From NCBI RefSeq assembly GCF_002075285.3, contig NZ_CP021983.2, positions 2,250,001 to 2,282,000 of the forward strand: a DNA stretch of 32,000 nt. Direction: 5' to 3'. Below, one piece after another: positions 28,098-32,000 of the stretch (the stretch's first letter is position 1; every line of letters begins with the position of its first letter). The position numbers and the translations under genes are program-made. This DNA comes from Halomicronema hongdechloris C2206 (lineage in GTDB: Bacteria > Cyanobacteriota > Cyanobacteriia > Phormidesmidales > Phormidesmidaceae). The notes below the pieces were generated by a model. The model was not told where the DNA came from, ran no database searches, and saw only the letters and a program-made list of their open reading frames with translations.

Positions 28098-29650
28098 CTG
28101 AGACAATCTACACGGCCATCAGCTTCGCCCCAGTTCAAGGATTCATTGAAAAATCGCGTAAGTTGCGAGATCTCTATGGAGCCTCAGGACTGCTGTCTTA
28201 TCTAGCTAAACAACTGGTTGAAGCTAAACCCGAGAATTGCAGCGTCATTTCTCCGGCATCAGTTAATTTGCAGCAGGGCATGCCTAATCGCATCTTGATT
28301 CGCGGCGATTACCCTCGCAATTTAGCCCAGCAAACCTTGCTGCAATCCTGGCAAAAAATCTTAGACGACTCTCGTAATTGGGTTGAAAGGCGTTTGCAGT
28401 CAACCTTTCCCCCTGACAGCTATCACTGGCAAGAGGTGTGGGATAAATGGGGACGCTATCACTGGGAGGTGTTTTGGGGCCATGGCAATTCTATTCAAGC
28501 TGCCATGGATGACTTGGAAACTCGAAAATTACGTCGGGATTGGGTCGCCGTAAACTGGGTCGGTGAAAGCTCTAGCCTATCTGGGGTGGATGCCATTGCC
28601 TGGCCAGGCCTGGGAGCATTCAATTCTGATCCGGGGTGGCCGATTGCAACTGCTGAAAAGCAGCAGCTTGATAGCTTTTATCAAGTGCTAGATAAATCTC
28701 TCAGCCACCCTGGTACCGGTGAAGACGACACGACAGGGCGATTTTTAGCCTCCAATGAACGCCTGAGCGTGCCTGAGTTGGTTAAACGCCTAGTCACTTG
28801 GCCGCAACTCGCTAAAAAGCTAGGCATTACTGAACTGGAATCCGGCTTTACCGATATCCATCGCAACACTCGTGATGGCAAGGGGCAGTGGACCGGCTGG
28901 TTCATGGGGGATGGCGATAAAGTAGGCGATCACCTCAAGGAAATTGCCAAGTCTGGAGATCAGGCTATTGCCGACTTTAGTCAGGCCATGCGGCAGTGGG
29001 GAAAAACCTTTAGCCAGTCTATGCCTAAGCAGAAGGGGCGCGTCATTTATGCCGGTGGGGACGACTTCCTGGGAGTACTCTATGGCCAATCTCCCGATCA
29101 CCCATTAGCCCCCAAAGCAGCCTTGGAGTGGTTGATGGGATTGAACGCCCAATGGCAACAACATGGCTATGACCTCACCGTAAGTGTCGGGTTTGTTTGG
29201 GTTTCTCCACATGTGCCCCAACGAGATGTGCTACAACATTGCCGCCAAGCCCAAAAACGCTCTAAACGGCTTGGGCGTGATCGAGTCACGATTCGAATTG
29301 TGTTCAATAGCGGCCAGTCGGTGCAATGGACCTGCCGCTGGCAAGATTTAGGCGTATTGACAGGATATTGCGATCGCAACGGCAAGCGCTGGGACGAAAC
29401 CCCTAACTGGGTACATCTCCTCACCGACTGGCAACACTTGAAAGCCCGCCATGCCATTCCCGTCAAAGCCAGCGAAGAGCACATCGACCAGCAAATTGCC
29501 ATCGAGTTTTTCGAGATTTACTTTCCCGGTTATAAGCAGTACCTGCTGAATCATAGCCAAGACATTTTAGGCAATGATGATAACCCCAGGGCCATGATCG
29601 ATTGGATTGAAGGGGCAATTCAAGTGGGCTGGTATCTAGGCTCAGCCTAA
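28094..29650 (+). CDS. cas10: Type III CRISPR Cas10/Cmr2 large subunit, short form lacking the HD domain
   Basis: 518 aa. Starts at the palm-1 entry motif YTAISFAPVQGFIEKSRKLRDLYGASGLLSYL. Has GWFMGDGDKVG and the cyclase motif VIYAGGDDFLG (GGDD at 29054-29065). Followed by cmr3- and cmr4-like genes. Confidence 0.85.
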   Translation: MTETIYTAISFAPVQGFIEKSRKLRDLYGASGLLSYLAKQLVEAKPENCSVISPASVNLQQGMPNRILIRGDYPRNLAQQTLLQSWQKILDDSRNWVERRLQSTFPPDSYHWQEVWDKWGRYHWEVFWGHGNSIQAAMDDLETRKLRRDWVAVNWVGESSSLSGVDAIAWPGLGAFNSDPGWPIATAEKQQLDSFYQVLDKSLSHPGTGEDDTTGRFLASNERLSVPELVKRLVTWPQLAKKLGITELESGFTDIHRNTRDGKGQWTGWFMGDGDKVGDHLKEIAKSGDQAIADFSQAMRQWGKTFSQSMPKQKGRVIYAGGDDFLGVLYGQSPDHPLAPKAALEWLMGLNAQWQQHGYDLTVSVGFVWVSPHVPQRDVLQHCRQAQKRSKRLGRDRVTIRIVFNSGQSVQWTCRWQDLGVLTGYCDRNGKRWDETPNWVHLLTDWQHLKARHAIPVKASEEHIDQQIAIEFFEIYFPGYKQYLLNHSQDILGNDDNPRAMIDWIEGAIQVGWYLGSA

Positions 29651-29689
29651 TCGGTCTGTGACAGCATCTCTCATTTATCCGAAATCGTT

Positions 29690-30760
29690 ATGTTTACTCA
29701 CCTGATTACCATTTCTCCATTGGGGTTTCTCTACGGCAGTGCCGGGGCCTTCCTAACCCCTGAGAATCTGGTAGGGCTAGCGGGGACTAAATTTCCCCCC
29801 GATGCCTCTACCCTCGCTGGGCTCATCTTTAGTGCATTAAAAACTGGACACCTAGAGGCTGAAAATCTGACTCAGGACCAGTTGCGAGAGCAGCTATTTG
29901 TGGCAGGTCCCTTCTGGGCCAATGTCAGCGACCCCCACAATTTCTACATTCCAGTTCCCCGCCATAAGATTCTGGGCGACAAGGACACAGATCAATGGGA
30001 AATTCGCAACTACCACTGGTGGCGCGACGAAACTACCCATCCAGATATAGAAGCAGACTATCACTGGCAGCGCATCGATACCTGGGACTACTCTCCAGAT
30101 GAAATCAAGGCAAACCAGGCCGCCGCTAAAGATGTCTGGACCCATGTGCCCATGCTGCATCCCAGCCTCAAATCTGATGAACGCCATGTCCGCGACGAGA
30201 ATGGCTTGTTTTTAGAAAACGCCGTGCAAATGCAGCCCAATCAATGGGACGGCGGCTATGACGAAACTTGCCTGGTGTATTTATCCACCATTGCCCTCAA
30301 GCCAGGGTGGTATCGCTTTGGAGGAGAAAGTCATCTGGTTGAAATCTCGAGCCATGAACTGGATGAGACCAGCCCCATCGTGGAGTTGTTGCAACGCCCC
30401 ATTGAGGATTCCTTTGCTCTGATCGGGCCTGGCATATGGGGCTCCAACCATCTCTCGCTGCGCTATCCCAGGCACTCAGACTTTTCTGAACGACGTCCCA
30501 TGATGCTGACCGATCGCCCCAATCCCTATCGCTATCGCCTGGGTAGCCAATCTGGGGAGTATCAAACCGGCCCCATGCGCAAAGCCGGACGCCTAAGCCG
30601 GGGACGCTACGCAGTCCCTACGGGTACGGTCTATGTCTTCAAAGACCCTCTGGGTAAATCCTGGTGGGATTGGCCAGAGGACTGGTTTCCCAAAGAAGGC
30701 TTTCCCCTAAAACACTTGGGCTGCAATCTCAGCCTACCCGTTGAAATTTCTAGGAGTTAA
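29690..30760 (+). CDS. cmr3: Type III-B Cmr3-like RAMP subunit
   Basis: 356 aa directly after cas10. The N-terminal block ISPLGFLYGSAGAFLTPENLVGLAGTKFPPDASTLAGLI resembles the Cmr3 start (F..G..F....S.FPP.PST.AG). Position in the operon agrees. Confidence 0.7.
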   Translation: MFTHLITISPLGFLYGSAGAFLTPENLVGLAGTKFPPDASTLAGLIFSALKTGHLEAENLTQDQLREQLFVAGPFWANVSDPHNFYIPVPRHKILGDKDTDQWEIRNYHWWRDETTHPDIEADYHWQRIDTWDYSPDEIKANQAAAKDVWTHVPMLHPSLKSDERHVRDENGLFLENAVQMQPNQWDGGYDETCLVYLSTIALKPGWYRFGGESHLVEISSHELDETSPIVELLQRPIEDSFALIGPGIWGSNHLSLRYPRHSDFSERRPMMLTDRPNPYRYRLGSQSGEYQTGPMRKAGRLSRGRYAVPTGTVYVFKDPLGKSWWDWPEDWFPKEGFPLKHLGCNLSLPVEISRS

Positions 30761-30764
30761 CGTC

Positions 30765-31595
30765 ATGTATGCAAAGGCCTACGGCATTATCGAAACCCTA
30801 GCCCCCCTGCATGTTGGGGCCAGCGCTGGGGAGGAAAGTGGTAACCTGAATCTCATTTTTCGCGATCAATTTACGCAGACTGGCATCATTCCTGGTAGTT
30901 CCATTCGCGGCCGGTTCCGAGCTGATATGCGCTCAGGATCAGAAGATGAGAACACCTGGTATGGCCATGAAGCCATTGAAGGACGGGAAGACGGTGGCAC
31001 TACAGAAGCCATCGTTAAGTTTGAGCATGCCTCGCTGGTATGGCTGCCGGTTTTTTGTCCTGGGCAACCCATCGTCTGGATCACATGTCCCTACTTGCTG
31101 AAGCGCTATGGGCGAATCAGGCAGATAGAGGCTGAAATACCAGATCCCTACACGGCTCCTAGGGGCTTGCCAGGTCGTCAAGTAGACACTACCAAGAAAG
31201 TTCTATTCTTTAACCTTGGCTTTTTAGAAATCGAGCGCGAAGCGGATCTATCTGCCTGGGTGCCCAATAAAGAGGGAACAGATAAAAAGCTGATCGATCC
31301 TAACTTAACCGTTGTCGTTGCAGATGGTGATATTGCCATGTTGCACGATATGGCCCTCTACCGCCAAAGTCGGGTCAAACTCGTGGATGACATGAAGAAG
31401 GTTGATACTGAAAAAGGTGCGTTCTTTAACGTAGAAGCCCTGCCAGAAGGTAGTATCTTGATTTTCCCCATTGCCCTTAAACAAACCGGCTGGCAACCTT
31501 TTGAAGCGGGAGAGAAGACTGAAGAACTCTACTTTGGCGGCCTAGAATCCGTGGGTTTTGGTCGCTGCCAAGTCACGATTGGAGGTAAGTATTAA
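30765..31595 (+). CDS. cmr4: Cmr4-like RAMP backbone subunit
   Basis: ATG at 30765, 8 nt after TAGGAG and 4 nt after the cmr3 stop. Motifs LAPLHVGASAG...IIPGSSIRGRFR and C-terminal GGLESVGFGRCQV (RAMP G-rich loop). Confidence 0.75.
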   Translation: MYAKAYGIIETLAPLHVGASAGEESGNLNLIFRDQFTQTGIIPGSSIRGRFRADMRSGSEDENTWYGHEAIEGREDGGTTEAIVKFEHASLVWLPVFCPGQPIVWITCPYLLKRYGRIRQIEAEIPDPYTAPRGLPGRQVDTTKKVLFFNLGFLEIEREADLSAWVPNKEGTDKKLIDPNLTVVVADGDIAMLHDMALYRQSRVKLVDDMKKVDTEKGAFFNVEALPEGSILIFPIALKQTGWQPFEAGEKTEELYFGGLESVGFGRCQVTIGGKY

Positions 31596-31597
31596 TC

Positions 31598-32000
31598 ATG
31601 GCCTGGAATTCCTATGGCTTAGACCGAGAAGCCCAACAACTCGTCTTATCTGCTCGACGGCGGGATGAAGCTCTGCCAAAAGCTGAGCGTTCCAAGAAGG
31701 CATCCCTCAATCAAGGGCACAAAATGCGTATGGCCATCCCCTATGGCTTAGAGCGTTTCTGGGGTGAACATCTGCGACTGCAAGAGAAAGAGCGAAATAA
31801 ATCGATCTACTGGAAAGAAACCTGGGATGCCTTTGTGCGAGTGATGGATATCGCTGGAATCGAAATTCCCAACGATGATGTCAGCTATTCAGACACCAGC
31901 GGCATCCAAAGCATGTCCGAAAGGCTTTGGGAATTAGACCTTAAAAAGCAGCGTGTAGCCCTAGCCGTACTCACACAACTCTGTGATGCGCTGGTGTGGT
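31598..32000 (+). CDS. Hypothetical helical protein in the cmr5 (small-subunit) position; partial, runs off the right edge
   Basis: ATG at 31598, 2 nt after the cmr4 stop. The frame is open to the window end (MAWNSYGLDREAQQLVLSARRRDEALPK...RVALAVLTQLCDALVW). It is not in the ORF track because it has no stop. It does not resemble the canonical Cmr5 I remember. Confidence 0.55.
   Translation, partial: MAWNSYGLDREAQQLVLSARRRDEALPKAERSKKASLNQGHKMRMAIPYGLERFWGEHLRLQEKERNKSIYWKETWDAFVRVMDIAGIEIPNDDVSYSDTSGIQSMSERLWELDLKKQRVALAVLTQLCDALVW

Overview
GC-rich cyanobacterial chromosomal segment. The origin call rests on the HIP1 palindrome GCGATCGC (seen at 376-383, 675-682, 3128-3135, 7651-7658, 11548-11555, 13631-13638, 15453-15460 and more) and on raf1, Uma2 and DUF4335/DUF3038 genes. 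Layout, left to right: (1) 1-1921, small toxin-antitoxin-like genes: DUF3368 fragment, HicB, MNT nucleotidyltransferase, Uma2. (2) 2288-5230, molybdate uptake (fused modBC, modA). (3) 5356-16924, an SH3b/peptidoglycan-binding protein, raf1, tRNA-Ala(GGC), fmt, an OmpA-like / DUF4335 / DUF3038 operon, pgm and an MFS transporter. (4) 16925-18048, a 1.1-kb stretch with no coding potential. (5) 18049-25105, a second MFS gene, comB-family phosphatase, DUF2085, a K+ channel, an SLC13 permease and a TVP38/VTT protein. (6) 25105-25700, a second non-coding block with tandem repeats. (7) 25709-32000, a membrane protein, a WYL regulator and the start of a type III-B-like CRISPR effector operon (cas10/cmr2, cmr3, cmr4-like, a gene in the small-subunit position) running off the right edge. 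Two things stand out. First, a roughly 300-nt hairpin-rich non-coding element occurs twice: uninterrupted at 25287-25586, and split by a 0.7-kb A/T-richer, stop-saturated insert at 16951-17887. I could not assign it to any RNA or IS family. Second, the type III module has a Cas10 without an HD nuclease domain (only a 32-codon LLHDP micro-ORF remains upstream) and a Cmr4-like subunit with Leu where the catalytic Asp is expected. No CRISPR array, cas6 or cas1/cas2 is visible in this window. Separately, at least five genes are interrupted by single-nucleotide indels at short homopolymers. That suggests either an error-prone assembly or real pseudogenisation, so all frame-dependent calls carry that caveat.
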